DNA from: a virus | DNA: 64,000 nucleotides | IMG/VR virus record: IMGVR_UViG_3300009370_001603 | Span: 1-64,000 of that record | Strand: one strand, 5' to 3' | Shown here: positions 28,958 to 37,889 of the stretch, piece by piece | Numbering within the stretch: the stretch's first letter is position 1 | Layout of the letters: every line of letters starts with the position of its first letter | Made by a program: the position numbers and the translations under genes | Notes under the pieces: generated by a model | What the model saw: the letters and a program-made list of their open reading frames with translations, nothing else | What the model was told of the DNA's origin: nothing | The model's database searches: none

Positions 28958-29870
28958 TATTCCAAGCCATAAAATAGACACATCAAAATTCTCCCACCTG
29001 CTCCACGGAAAAGTCGTTGAAGAATTTGAGTCTAGGTTTGCGGAGTACGTTGGAGCGAAGTATGCATGTACGGCAAATAGTGCCTCTAGCCTGCTATATC
29101 TAGCCCTGAAGAGATTTAACAATGAAATTATACAGGTGCCAAGTACGATACCTATTGTGGTTCCAAATGTAATAGCCAACAGCAGTAATAAGATAAGATT
29201 TTATAATGACGACAAGTGGGTTGGACACTGTTATCATATGCACGATGACATATTCGACTCTGCTCAAGAGGTCAGCCGAAAGCAGTATAGAGATTTGGAT
29301 AACGACGACGCCATTATGGTATTCAGTTTTTATCCCACAAAACCAGTCAGCGGCTGCGACGGAGGAATTGTCGTATCAAACAATAAGGAAAAAATTGAGT
29401 ACTTTAGGTTAATGACCATGAACGGAACGTCATTTAACGAGGATAGCTGGAATAGAGAGCATGTCGTCGCCGGATACAAGATGCACTGTACTTCCGTGCA
29501 AGCCTATATAGCCAACGAAAACCTAAAGAGATTAGATATAAAAAATGTCATTTTAGACAAAATTAATTCTGTATATAATGCGGTTTTGGGCTATAATAAT
29601 AACAGCAGGCACCTTTATACAATTAGGGTAAAGGACAATAAAAGCTTCATAGCCAACATGCTAAAAGAGGGTATAGCGTGTGGGGTTCACTACGAACATT
29701 GTCACGGTAAAAAACCATTTGAAGAATATGAGATTAAAGGTTCCGATTTGACTAAATCCGAAAAAACATCATTAACAACGGTTAGCCTGCCATTTCATGA
29801 GAAACTAGGAACATCAGAGGTAACAAAAATAGTCCACTATGCTCAAAAATTTAACAACATTCAAGGGTGA
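28941..29870 (+). CDS. DegT/DnrJ/EryC1/StrS PLP-dependent sugar aminotransferase
   Basis: FE..FAEYVGAKYA, DSAQ, FSFYPTKPVSGCDGG (PLP Lys), GVHY, SLP. Confidence 0.85.
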   Translation: MIQLFNIPSHKIDTSKFSHLLHGKVVEEFESRFAEYVGAKYACTANSASSLLYLALKRFNNEIIQVPSTIPIVVPNVIANSSNKIRFYNDDKWVGHCYHMHDDIFDSAQEVSRKQYRDLDNDDAIMVFSFYPTKPVSGCDGGIVVSNNKEKIEYFRLMTMNGTSFNEDSWNREHVVAGYKMHCTSVQAYIANENLKRLDIKNVILDKINSVYNAVLGYNNNSRHLYTIRVKDNKSFIANMLKEGIACGVHYEHCHGKKPFEEYEIKGSDLTKSEKTSLTTVSLPFHEKLGTSEVTKIVHYAQKFNNIQG

Positions 29871-30228
29871 ACATGGGAATTTATTTGCGATAAACAAGGT
29901 CGCAGAATTTCAACCCAAGAGAATATTTTATGTTACGGGTGTGCCAAGAGGTCAAGTTAGAGGCGGGCACGCTCACCTAAGAGATAAACAAATACTGGTT
30001 TGCATAAAGGGGTCGTTAAGTGTTAAACTTGATGACGGAATTGGCAGTAGAACATTTCTGCTAAACGAGGGACAAAGTATTTTTATGGACACCATGACGT
30101 GGGGCACACAAGAATATCTGACCGGAGATGATATCTTACTGGTCTTATGCTCCGAAGAGCATGATGAAGAAGAGTATATTAAAAGCTACACTAAATTTTT
30201 AGAATTAACCAAGGAGAATAAAAAATGA
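29839..30228 (+). CDS. FdtA/QdtA-type cupin, sugar 3,4-ketoisomerase
   Basis: KRIFYV, VRGGHAH, LLVLCS...EYI. Confidence 0.8.
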   Translation: MLKNLTTFKGEHGNLFAINKVAEFQPKRIFYVTGVPRGQVRGGHAHLRDKQILVCIKGSLSVKLDDGIGSRTFLLNEGQSIFMDTMTWGTQEYLTGDDILLVLCSEEHDEEEYIKSYTKFLELTKENKK

Positions 30229-30626
30229 GCAAACTGAATGACTACCTGAGCCAGTCCAACTGTGTATTGGTAAAGTCGCCAACTGAGGTCAATCTTTATG
30301 TAGGAGATTTAGACGTGATCGCTTATGCGGGTGCCGACAAAGAACATTTTCACGAAGCTGTGGCCGCCTATAAGGCTCCCCCGTCAGCGAGTGCTAGGAG
30401 ATATAAAGAGTATGACTTCGGCGGAGAGATCGTAGTATATTCGTCGCTAAAAAATATAGTTGACTTGGTTGAGCTTGGGCCTACAACTATCCCCCCAGCG
30501 CCCGTCTTTGAAGAAAGTCATACGGTTGACTTCTCCAATCCAACTGAAACTGTTGTGTTGAATGAAGAGCCTAATGAAGACGAGTCAGACGATGAAGTCC
30601 CACCGTCAAATACTATGACGTGGTAA
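30225..30626 (+). CDS. hypothetical protein with acidic C-terminus
   Basis: AGGAG RBS and ATGA overlap; no motif recognised. Confidence 0.5.
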   Translation: MSKLNDYLSQSNCVLVKSPTEVNLYVGDLDVIAYAGADKEHFHEAVAAYKAPPSASARRYKEYDFGGEIVVYSSLKNIVDLVELGPTTIPPAPVFEESHTVDFSNPTETVVLNEEPNEDESDDEVPPSNTMTW

Positions 30627-30642
30627 GAAAATAGGGGGTATC

Positions 30643-31575
30643 ATGAAAATACTACTAACTGGCGGAACGGGGTTTCTGGGAAAGAACATTAAGGCTCATC
30701 TTGGGTCTGTCGATGACGTAGTTAGCCATGGGAGTTGCCTATATGACCTAAGAGATAGCTATGCGTGTAAAAAAATGCTTTCCCACGAAGAGCCAGATGT
30801 TATCATTCATGCCGCTGGTAGCGTGGGGGGTATTGGGGCCAACCGTAGTAATCCCGGCAAATTCATGTATGAAAACCTTGCGATGGGGGCGAACATGATA
30901 GAACGCACTAGGCAATACTGCGAGAAGTATAGCCATAAGCCGGTTAAGTTTATTATGCTAGGTACGGTCTGCGCTTACCCGAAGTTTACGCCGGTTCCAT
31001 TTCAGGAATCAGAATTGTGGAATGGTTATCCAGAAGAAACCAATGCTCCATATGGTATCGCCAAAAAAGCATTGATGAAGCTTGGAGAAACATACCACGA
31101 GCAGTACGGCATGGATATAGTGAATTTAATCCCCGTCAACATGTATGGCCCACACGATCATTTTAATTTGACGAGTAGCCATGTCATACCAGCCCTTATT
31201 CTGAAGTTTTATAATGCAATGAAAGAAGGCAAAGATAAAATCACGGTATGGGGAACTGGAAATGCCTCTAGAGAATTCCTGTACGCACAGGATTGTGCAG
31301 AAGCAATTCGACTAGCGATTGATATCAACGTCGGGCCAGAACCAATCAACGTCGGTACTGGTAAAGAAATTACTATTAGTGAATTGGTACATGAGATTGG
31401 AGAACAAATGGGTTATGAGGGAGATGTAATTTGGGATGCATCAAAGCCAGACGGCCAACCTCGTCGCTGCCTAGACACGTCGTTGGCAAGGGCGCGACTA
31501 GGGTTTGATGCCAAAACAGACTTGCAAACCGGACTTAAACAAACCATAGAATGGTTTCTAGGAGAACAAAAATGA
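30643..31575 (+). CDS. fcl: GDP-L-fucose synthase-like epimerase/reductase
   Basis: TGGTGFLG, AAGSVGGIGAN, LGTVCAYPK, YGIAK, SSHVIPAL, WGTG..SREFL, KPDGQPRR. Confidence 0.88.
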   Translation: MKILLTGGTGFLGKNIKAHLGSVDDVVSHGSCLYDLRDSYACKKMLSHEEPDVIIHAAGSVGGIGANRSNPGKFMYENLAMGANMIERTRQYCEKYSHKPVKFIMLGTVCAYPKFTPVPFQESELWNGYPEETNAPYGIAKKALMKLGETYHEQYGMDIVNLIPVNMYGPHDHFNLTSSHVIPALILKFYNAMKEGKDKITVWGTGNASREFLYAQDCAEAIRLAIDINVGPEPINVGTGKEITISELVHEIGEQMGYEGDVIWDASKPDGQPRRCLDTSLARARLGFDAKTDLQTGLKQTIEWFLGEQK

Positions 31576-32003
31576 ATTTAGGTTTTTATGTAAAAACTAT
31601 GAGTCCGGAAGGAGTCAATGAGAAGATATATTCTGCATTAAATAATGCTGTAGATAACAATGAGGTTGATGATGCCTCAGTATTTTATGATAACATAGAC
31701 TATAATCCAACAGAGACACGATTTGGCATGTTCAACTCTACTGATATCTGGTACTTCACAGGAAATTTAATTACGACCTCTCTAGAAACAACACATCATG
31801 CACTCCAAGCCGTAAATAAGTTTGAACTATCCTATCTGTACAATATGGATGAAGCTGATGTTATGCCTCTAATCGGAGTGTCAAAAGATGTAAACGTCAT
31901 TACAGACAGTAGTGACGCTCAGAAGTACTTCTACAGAGTTACCGGCGTAAAGCCAAAACTATTAAAAGATTTTACAGTAAAAAGTTTTTGTGAGGTTGTG
32001 TAA
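31572..32003 (+). CDS. hypothetical protein, possibly a degenerate GT-B N-terminal domain
   Basis: GGAG RBS and ATGA overlap; fold guess from context only. Confidence 0.45.
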   Translation: MNLGFYVKTMSPEGVNEKIYSALNNAVDNNEVDDASVFYDNIDYNPTETRFGMFNSTDIWYFTGNLITTSLETTHHALQAVNKFELSYLYNMDEADVMPLIGVSKDVNVITDSSDAQKYFYRVTGVKPKLLKDFTVKSFCEVV

Positions 32004-32004
32004 T

Positions 32005-32769
32005 ATGAATAAATTTGACAAACAAGTAATAGGGATGTATAACAAAGAGAATAAAAGCACGTATGAGATAGCGGAGATTCTAAATACATATCCCAATAAA
32101 ATAAGAAGAACCCTGAAGAAACACGGGTATGATTTAAAATCAAAAAGTTCAGCCCAGTCAAACGCACTTAAGAGCGGTAGAAGGCCACACCCCACTGAAG
32201 GGAAGAGCAGATCCCTGTCGGAGAAAATAAAAATTAGCTCTGGCTTATCTTCTTACTGGGACGAGATGAGCGAAACTGAGCGAGAAAGACGGTCAGGCCA
32301 AGCTAGGGAAAGATGGAATGGGATGACGGCAAAGCAAAAAGAAAGCATGAGGCAAAAAAGAGTACAAGCGATACAAAGATCCGCAAAAGAAGGATCAAAA
32401 TTAGAAAAATTCTTAGAGGAAAAGCTGCAACAGGCTGGTTTCTCCGTAAGAATGCATCAAACAATAATACCAGCAGAAAAATTGGAAATTGATTTGTATA
32501 TTCCAGACCTCAAGACTATAATAGAGGTAGATGGGCCTAGCCATTTCTTACCGATTTGGGGTGCAGACAAACTCCAAAAGCAAATTAATGCTGACCTAAG
32601 AAAGAGCGGAACCCTATTGAGTAAAGGATATGCAGTGATTCGTGTAAAATCGCTGGGACAGGAATCTTTGAGTAAGCGTGAGCAGATTGCAAATCAAGTT
32701 ACAGATTGTTTAAACAAGATTAGCAACAAGTTCCCGCCTAAATCAAAACGTTTTATAGAGGTTGAATAA
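32005..32769 (+). CDS. HTH + NUMOD3-like + DUF559/Vsr-like endonuclease (putative free-standing homing endonuclease)
   Basis: STYEIAEILNT HTH; HPTEGKSRS...KIS; EIDLYIPDLKTIIEVDGPSH. Confidence 0.65.
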   Translation: MNKFDKQVIGMYNKENKSTYEIAEILNTYPNKIRRTLKKHGYDLKSKSSAQSNALKSGRRPHPTEGKSRSLSEKIKISSGLSSYWDEMSETERERRSGQARERWNGMTAKQKESMRQKRVQAIQRSAKEGSKLEKFLEEKLQQAGFSVRMHQTIIPAEKLEIDLYIPDLKTIIEVDGPSHFLPIWGADKLQKQINADLRKSGTLLSKGYAVIRVKSLGQESLSKREQIANQVTDCLNKISNKFPPKSKRFIEVE

Positions 32770-33548
32770 TGGTGGATTTGAATAACGATAACGATAATTT
32801 GTTTGAGGGAATTGCTCTCGAAACCCCAGAGAATGTTGATACTAGCGTAAAAGACAAGATTGCTACGCCATCAGGGCCAGACCCCACTTCTCCAGAGTGG
32901 AACGATTACGTTCTGGAGCTATTTGACGAAAGAGAACTGTACGAGGGTAGACCCCTGTGTGCTGGCCTAAGAAGGGTATCAGAACTCCTACTAGGGCGTA
33001 TCGTCAGTAGCAGACCAACGCAAATATTTCCCCCGGATAATGGCGGCGACGAAATTGGAAGAGCCACCGTTGTGTGGGAAGTAGTATTTGAAGATGGCTC
33101 TTTATTCAGTGATGTCGCAGACTGCTGGGAGGGCAACACAGACGACGCATTTTGCGTGTTTAACACCGCGACGGCAGCGACTAGGGCTGAGGGGCGGGCT
33201 TTGAGAAAGGCTCTTAGACTCAAAACTGTGTCCGCTGAAGAGATGACCAAAAAGAATACTGCCAGCATTGTCAGGAGTATCAGCCAAACTAAACAAGTAG
33301 CAACTGAGGGTGAGTACGATGACTCACAAAGAATGACTGACCCGCAAGCCAATTTTATTGATGTTAAGTGCAAGCAGTTAAATCTAAATGTTGCAGAATT
33401 CTTCAAGGAGGCATTCGATGTAAACATAAAGCGTAAAGTAGACAAGGGGCAGGCTAGCACTGCCATAAAGAAATTAAATGATTATCAACAAGATAAAAGT
33501 CTGATCCCAGACTCTATAACTGCTTACTTAAGTGATTGGAGAAATTAA
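32769..33548 (+). CDS. putative single-strand annealing protein (Rad52/ERF-like)
   Basis: GLRRV, ATVVWEV, ATAATRAEGRALRKAL...AEE, MTDPQ..FI, AS.AI C-terminal module. Confidence 0.55.
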   Translation: MVDLNNDNDNLFEGIALETPENVDTSVKDKIATPSGPDPTSPEWNDYVLELFDERELYEGRPLCAGLRRVSELLLGRIVSSRPTQIFPPDNGGDEIGRATVVWEVVFEDGSLFSDVADCWEGNTDDAFCVFNTATAATRAEGRALRKALRLKTVSAEEMTKKNTASIVRSISQTKQVATEGEYDDSQRMTDPQANFIDVKCKQLNLNVAEFFKEAFDVNIKRKVDKGQASTAIKKLNDYQQDKSLIPDSITAYLSDWRN

Positions 33549-33880
33549 TGAAAGTTAACTATAGAACAAGAAATGGCCGCTTGAGCGTACAGCTAGAAGG
33601 CGACTCGCAGAGAGACATCTTTGCGGAGGTTTCTAAATTTCAAGAAGTTTTTGAAGAGGATAAGTGCGGAAAATGTAGCTCCGAAAATGTCCGCTTCGTG
33701 GTGCGAAACGTCGATGACAATTTGTATCATGAGCTTCGCTGCGGAGATTGCGGGGCAAGGTTGTCCTTTGGTTCTCATAAGAAAGGGGGTGGCTTATTTC
33801 CAAAGAGGAAAGATGGAGAAAACTGGCTACCCGACCGTGGTTGGGTAAAGTGGAATCCCAAGACTGAAAAGAACGAATAG
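33548..33880 (+). CDS. zinc-ribbon hypothetical protein
   Basis: CGKC...CGDC; TAATG coupling to the previous gene. Confidence 0.6.
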   Translation: MKVNYRTRNGRLSVQLEGDSQRDIFAEVSKFQEVFEEDKCGKCSSENVRFVVRNVDDNLYHELRCGDCGARLSFGSHKKGGGLFPKRKDGENWLPDRGWVKWNPKTEKNE

Positions 33881-33897
33881 GAAAGCTTAAGAAAGAA

Positions 33898-33930
33898 GAG
33901 GGGGGCGGATAAAACCGCTCCCCTTTTTTT
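33898..33930. terminator. bidirectional rho-independent terminator at the convergent strand switch
   Basis: GAGGGGGGCGG-ATAAAA-CCGCTCCCCTT followed by a T-run; purine-rich run on the other side. Confidence 0.85.
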
Positions 33931-33968
33931 ATGTAGTAACCACGCAGAGAGACTGCTGTACTAAACAG

Positions 33969-34664
33969 TTATGATACTAAAGATGGTATCTCTTCGATTA
34001 AATCTAACTTCTCTTCCACCCTATCTATATTGGTTCCATAAATAGGACCAACAATTACTCGGCTTGTTTCTTTGAACCTTTTAATTCCCGACCCAAAACA
34101 AATGACACCTATCACCTTGCCCTTATAGATAATAGGCCCCCCAGAATCCCCCTGAATAGCCCAAGAAAAAACAATGTGTCCGCCTGAGCCTAAGTTTTTC
34201 CCCCCGTACTTTGCTATCCAGTGGCGAAAATCTTCTGCCCCATATCCACACATTTCGACCGTAGCTCCAATTGGAACATCGTCTACGCTTATCTTCATGG
34301 GTTCTATGGAGTCTGGTATTAAGGCGCGTATGATTCCATAATCTTCAAAGGGATCAATAGATCCAGACTTCAAAACAACTCGACCTTGATCCACAGATTC
34401 TCCAGTGTTAAATATGACTGTGAACTCCGTTGCCATCTCCTTAATACAATGTGATGCTGTAAGAATCCAGCCCACATAATAACCCTCAACCCTGCTATCC
34501 TTCACACGCTTAATAACGGTTCCACTTCCACTGAATCCATCGCCCGCAATCTTAACTATACTTGAATGATAATCTGCTTCTTCTGATGCTGGCCAATCTT
34601 GGGCGACCATAGCCTGAACTGAAAAAAAACAGAAAACAACTGACAAAAACATTTTCTTAAACAT
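33969..34664 (-). CDS. secreted trypsin-like serine protease
   Basis: Signal peptide from MFKKMFL; LTASHC (His), EDYG (Asp), QGDSGGP (Ser). Confidence 0.85.
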   Translation of the reverse strand: MFKKMFLSVVFCFFSVQAMVAQDWPASEEADYHSSIVKIAGDGFSGSGTVIKRVKDSRVEGYYVGWILTASHCIKEMATEFTVIFNTGESVDQGRVVLKSGSIDPFEDYGIIRALIPDSIEPMKISVDDVPIGATVEMCGYGAEDFRHWIAKYGGKNLGSGGHIVFSWAIQGDSGGPIIYKGKVIGVICFGSGIKRFKETSRVIVGPIYGTNIDRVEEKLDLIEEIPSLVS

Positions 34665-34707
34665 AGTGTAACCCCTTACTGCAATCAATCTATATATTAC
34701 TAGCAAG

Positions 34708-34716
34708 ATTATACAC
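34708..34716 (-). promoter_or_regulatory. putative late promoter GTGTATAAT
   Basis: ~45 bp upstream of the protease ATG; identical 9-mer at 37915-37923; no -35 box seen. Confidence 0.5.
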
Positions 34717-34764
34717 TTAAATTTTAAAAATTGCCGGAACCCCTATTTTTAGGCTGTTATGTGC

Positions 34765-34995
34765 TTATAATTTTTTTGAATATATCTGCCAAAATACGTG
34801 GCCGCATAAGAAACCAAAGATAAATGGTATAACAGGCCACCGTCTCGCCGCTTCATATAGAACAACACTAAACGTTGCTTCCTGAGCTTCAGGCATGTCG
34901 TTAAAATGTATGTTCCAGAGTAGAAAAAGATCCCATCCGGCGACAATAAAGATGATAAGCAGAATTATTATTCGTGTTATGAGTGCGTAAGTCAT
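34765..34995 (-). CDS. small two-TM membrane protein
   Basis: Two hydrophobic helices, basic C-terminus, GGAG RBS. Confidence 0.6.
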   Translation of the reverse strand: MTYALITRIIILLIIFIVAGWDLFLLWNIHFNDMPEAQEATFSVVLYEAARRWPVIPFIFGFLCGHVFWQIYSKKL

Positions 34996-35023
34996 ATTAA
35001 TTGCTCCAAGAATGTAAGTTGTG

Positions 35024-35518
35024 CTACTGATTATTTGTAGATTCCATTAGGTTCTTGACAGAATTTTGACAGAACCCTTTGTCCCCCCGCTCAATTAGCT
35101 CGATAATAACACCCCCTAATACGTCTTGTGGCTTACTGAATATCTGTCGTAGATCATCATCCGGACAGTCAATTATATCGTCAGATAAGAACTCTATACC
35201 CTTTTCTCTCAATTGCTTCACTGTCTTGTCTATATTTTCCACTGAGTATGCTATGTGGTGTATGCCTCCAGTTCCTCCTCGTTCTTTTACCCATTCGTCT
35301 ACAATAGATCCGGGAGTCCCTTCGCTCACAAAGACTTCTGGTGAAGAGCCACAAATATCTACCAGAGCCTTGCAGTCTGCTTTCGATCCGTCGTCAAAAT
35401 CAATCTTAAACTCTGCCCCAACCTTGTAGCCCAAAAGAGAACAAAAAAAATCCGCTGTTTCGTCTCTGTCGGCCACCCTATACGCTATGTGATCTAAAGT
35501 TATTAATTCTATACTCAT
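35024..35518 (-). CDS. VOC superfamily metalloenzyme resembling the HPPD catalytic domain
   Basis: LDHIA, GIHHIAY, RQIFSKP, IELIERG..GFCQNSVKNLMES. Confidence 0.7.
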   Translation of the reverse strand: MSIELITLDHIAYRVADRDETADFFCSLLGYKVGAEFKIDFDDGSKADCKALVDICGSSPEVFVSEGTPGSIVDEWVKERGGTGGIHHIAYSVENIDKTVKQLREKGIEFLSDDIIDCPDDDLRQIFSKPQDVLGGVIIELIERGDKGFCQNSVKNLMESTNNQ

Positions 35519-35527
35519 TTACTCTTT

Positions 35528-36028
35528 CTATTTTGGTGGTAGTTTTAGTGGCGGTAGCGGCATGATGTCCCATGTCTCCGACCTGTTAGACAGGGAACCC
35601 TTGTCCTTGCCTTTGCCTTCCCCCTCGCCCTTTTGACCTTCCCCGTCGCCATCGGCACCACCCTCTGATTTTTTAAGCCTGAACGGTTTGCCTTTTCCTT
35701 GCTTCACGCCACCTTTTAGGGCCTCTTTTAGTTCCTTTGAATACTTTGCATCTATCAGCGTAGGGGGCCAACCATCACCGGTCTTTTTATACATGACATA
35801 TATCCTCTTTTCCTCAAGGTTGATTGCGTGGCCATACACAATGATATCATTTGGTATTGACTTTACGATGGGCTTACCTGCATAAAGAGATATAACTCCA
35901 AAACTGATAAGAGAGGCGCAGACAACTGAAATTACCAATCCGGTCCTCAGTACAATATCTTTAAATCTAAATATTATAGCAGCACAAGAGATGATAGATA
36001 TGATCAAATTTAATATAAATGGAAACAT
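35528..36028 (-). CDS. membrane protein with G/E/K-rich linker and Pro-rich C-terminus (third gene of the ExbB module)
   Basis: Two N-terminal TM helices; TAATG coupling to the upstream gene. Confidence 0.6.
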   Translation of the reverse strand: MFPFILNLIISIISCAAIIFRFKDIVLRTGLVISVVCASLISFGVISLYAGKPIVKSIPNDIIVYGHAINLEEKRIYVMYKKTGDGWPPTLIDAKYSKELKEALKGGVKQGKGKPFRLKKSEGGADGDGEGQKGEGEGKGKDKGSLSNRSETWDIMPLPPLKLPPK

Positions 36029-36588
36029 TATTGCAAAAACCCCTCTAGTAATTCTCTTTGTAGTTGAACATTTTTAACATTCCCATCTTTATCTATATAA
36101 AATGAAACTATGGGGACTTCTTCGTTATGGGCTACTTGCACGGTTGTTCTGAATATGTGTTTAAACGGGCGTGATTTTTGAAACTCAATAGTGACGGTTA
36201 TGTGGGTCTTATTTTTAGGAACCCTATATCCGTGCAAAGAAAACATGTACTCACCCTTTTTGGCCGTTTCTATTGTCAGGGTTTCCCTAGCCTCCAACAG
36301 TTTTACACCGTCCACGGCTCCATATTCTCTAGATGTGTTATCGTTATGAAGGATGAATACATCGTTTTCCCTTCGTTTATACCCCGTTATAGAGTCTGCA
36401 TTATCAACCCTCATGGCCCAAGTATCTATATCTGCATTGTCTTCAATGGGCCAGCTTATGTTCAATATGAACTCAGCCGTTGGTGGAGGGGCGGGGGTCT
36501 CGTCCTTCTTTTTTACTGGGTTGTACAGGAGAATCATGCACACCAATAATATTAAAACCATATCTAGAAAGCATATTGGAATCTTCAT
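36028..36588 (-). CDS. ExbD/TolR/MotB-like single-TM protein
   Basis: PICFLDMVLILLVCMILL (intramembrane Asp), PAPPP linker, ISW...DIDTW beta domain; ATGA overlap with the MotA-like gene. Confidence 0.6.
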   Translation of the reverse strand: MKIPICFLDMVLILLVCMILLYNPVKKKDETPAPPPTAEFILNISWPIEDNADIDTWAMRVDNADSITGYKRRENDVFILHNDNTSREYGAVDGVKLLEARETLTIETAKKGEYMFSLHGYRVPKNKTHITVTIEFQKSRPFKHIFRTTVQVAHNEEVPIVSFYIDKDGNVKNVQLQRELLEGFLQ

Positions 36589-37010
36589 TCGTCTTCCCTC
36601 AAAAATATAACGTATGTATAAATAAACAGACTACATACTATCCCAACAATGGTGGTGTTTAATACTGTGGACATACCGTTTGTTATTAATTTATGTTTAA
36701 GCTCCTCGTCATCTACCGCCCCCAGAGATGCAAATAAAAAGCTCATGCCAATAACGGTACCCAAGAGACCAAGCATTTGTGCTATGTTAGACATGTCATT
36801 CATTTTCTTCATGTGGTATGACTTTTTCATCACCTGACGAAAACAAAATAGTATGGAAGAAAAGCCCAGCAATAATATTGCATAGCAAATAAATGTTATG
36901 TCAGCAGACGCCATAGAGCTAAAAGCGGAGAATTGAAATTCTGAAGCGATCAATGACACTAGCCCCACGCTTGTTATCGACAGCCATTTTAAAAAGTTTT
37001 TTGATTTCAT
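36585..37010 (-). CDS. MotA/TolQ/ExbB proton-channel family protein
   Basis: MLGLLGTVIGM and GMSTVLNTTIVGIV helices. Confidence 0.8.
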   Translation of the reverse strand: MKSKNFLKWLSITSVGLVSLIASEFQFSAFSSMASADITFICYAILLLGFSSILFCFRQVMKKSYHMKKMNDMSNIAQMLGLLGTVIGMSFLFASLGAVDDEELKHKLITNGMSTVLNTTIVGIVCSLFIYTYVIFLREDE

Positions 37011-37048
37011 TGTAACCCTTTATTATTGTAAAGATTTTCCCCATATAT

Positions 37049-37080
37049 AAAAAAAGGGGTGGTTTGACCCACCCCTCTTT
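37049..37080 (-). terminator. rho-independent terminator ending the virion gene block
   Basis: On the minus strand: AGGGGTGG-GTCAAA-CCACCCCT followed by a T-run. Confidence 0.85.
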
Positions 37081-37103
37081 AATCATAAATTTAATGGGTT
37101 GAT

Positions 37104-37889
37104 TTACAGGTACTCTAGTGTGAAATATAGCCCGTAATCAGTTTTGCTTCCAATCGACTGTGGAGAGGCACTAAGAGCAAGATACCAGTCGTGTCGAGTA
37201 GCCCTGTGAGCTGGACCCTCTTTAGTCTTCCAGTTGAGATAACCGTCCGCGCCGGGGCCAACCAAGTTGGCAGAAGGTAATGGATCACCATCAACGGTAT
37301 TTAATCCGCTCATTCCGGGGGAGGGGGTAAAGGTCATATCCGGCGGAGTGCCGCCATCGCCGGGGTCAAATTCAAACCAGCCAAAGTTATCAATACCTCT
37401 ATGGGCTAAAGACCCACTTCCAGCCAAGTTTGTGGCTCCAATAGCATGTCCCTCTGTGGCGTGCGGGTGCCTAACTTCTAGCACCTGAGTGGTAACGCCG
37501 CTGGCGTGCTTTGCGATACTAGCCCTATCAAAGATTCTAAGCTTACAGTTCTGAGTAGCAACCGCGTCAGTATGCTCAAATCTAATATTTAATGGTGCAT
37601 ACCAGTTTGGAATTCCTGAAGTTTCCGCTGCTACAGCGGTCCCATTCGCTTTTATTCCACTTACAGACTGATATTGAGTATTCTGTAACTTTACACCGCT
37701 AGTAGTGCCGTCGCCATTGGTTACATAGCTGGCCTCTTGATATTGGGCAACTGGGACTGATAGGCCAAAACCTGCGCCATAAAAGCCAATTCCAGACCCT
37801 TTTGTGTGTTCTATGAGTGATGGATCAGTATTCCACGCGGTACTATACCCCGTAGTATTACCATTCGCATGAAATGTAATAGTAGCCAT
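37104..37889 (-). CDS. putative virion structural protein (261 aa)
   Basis: AAGGAG RBS, own putative promoter and terminator, beta-rich G/T/S composition, C-terminal YFTLEYL. Confidence 0.55.
   Translation of the reverse strand: MATITFHANGNTTGYSTAWNTDPSLIEHTKGSGIGFYGAGFGLSVPVAQYQEASYVTNGDGTTSGVKLQNTQYQSVSGIKANGTAVAAETSGIPNWYAPLNIRFEHTDAVATQNCKLRIFDRASIAKHASGVTTQVLEVRHPHATEGHAIGATNLAGSGSLAHRGIDNFGWFEFDPGDGGTPPDMTFTPSPGMSGLNTVDGDPLPSANLVGPGADGYLNWKTKEGPAHRATRHDWYLALSASPQSIGSKTDYGLYFTLEYL

Noticed and set aside
13429-32003. Host O-antigen/capsule locus (bacterial chromosome or chimera)
   Set aside because: No wzx/wzy/wzm/wzt or priming transferase. The island is tightly coupled to phage-type genes on both sides and has similar composition.
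32481-32522. Third copy of the GGAA...CTAT(T/A)AT promoter
   Set aside because: Spacing is 28 rather than 16 nt and the site is inside a coding region.
32906-33466. 186-aa antisense ORF and the many other 60-190 aa overlapping ORFs in the track
   Set aside because: They are shadows of well-supported genes on the opposite strand or in another frame, with no motifs or RBS.
35528-37010. Zorya defence system (ZorAB)
   Set aside because: The A subunit lacks the long cytoplasmic tail, the B subunit lacks an OmpA-like domain, and no zorC/D/E genes are present.
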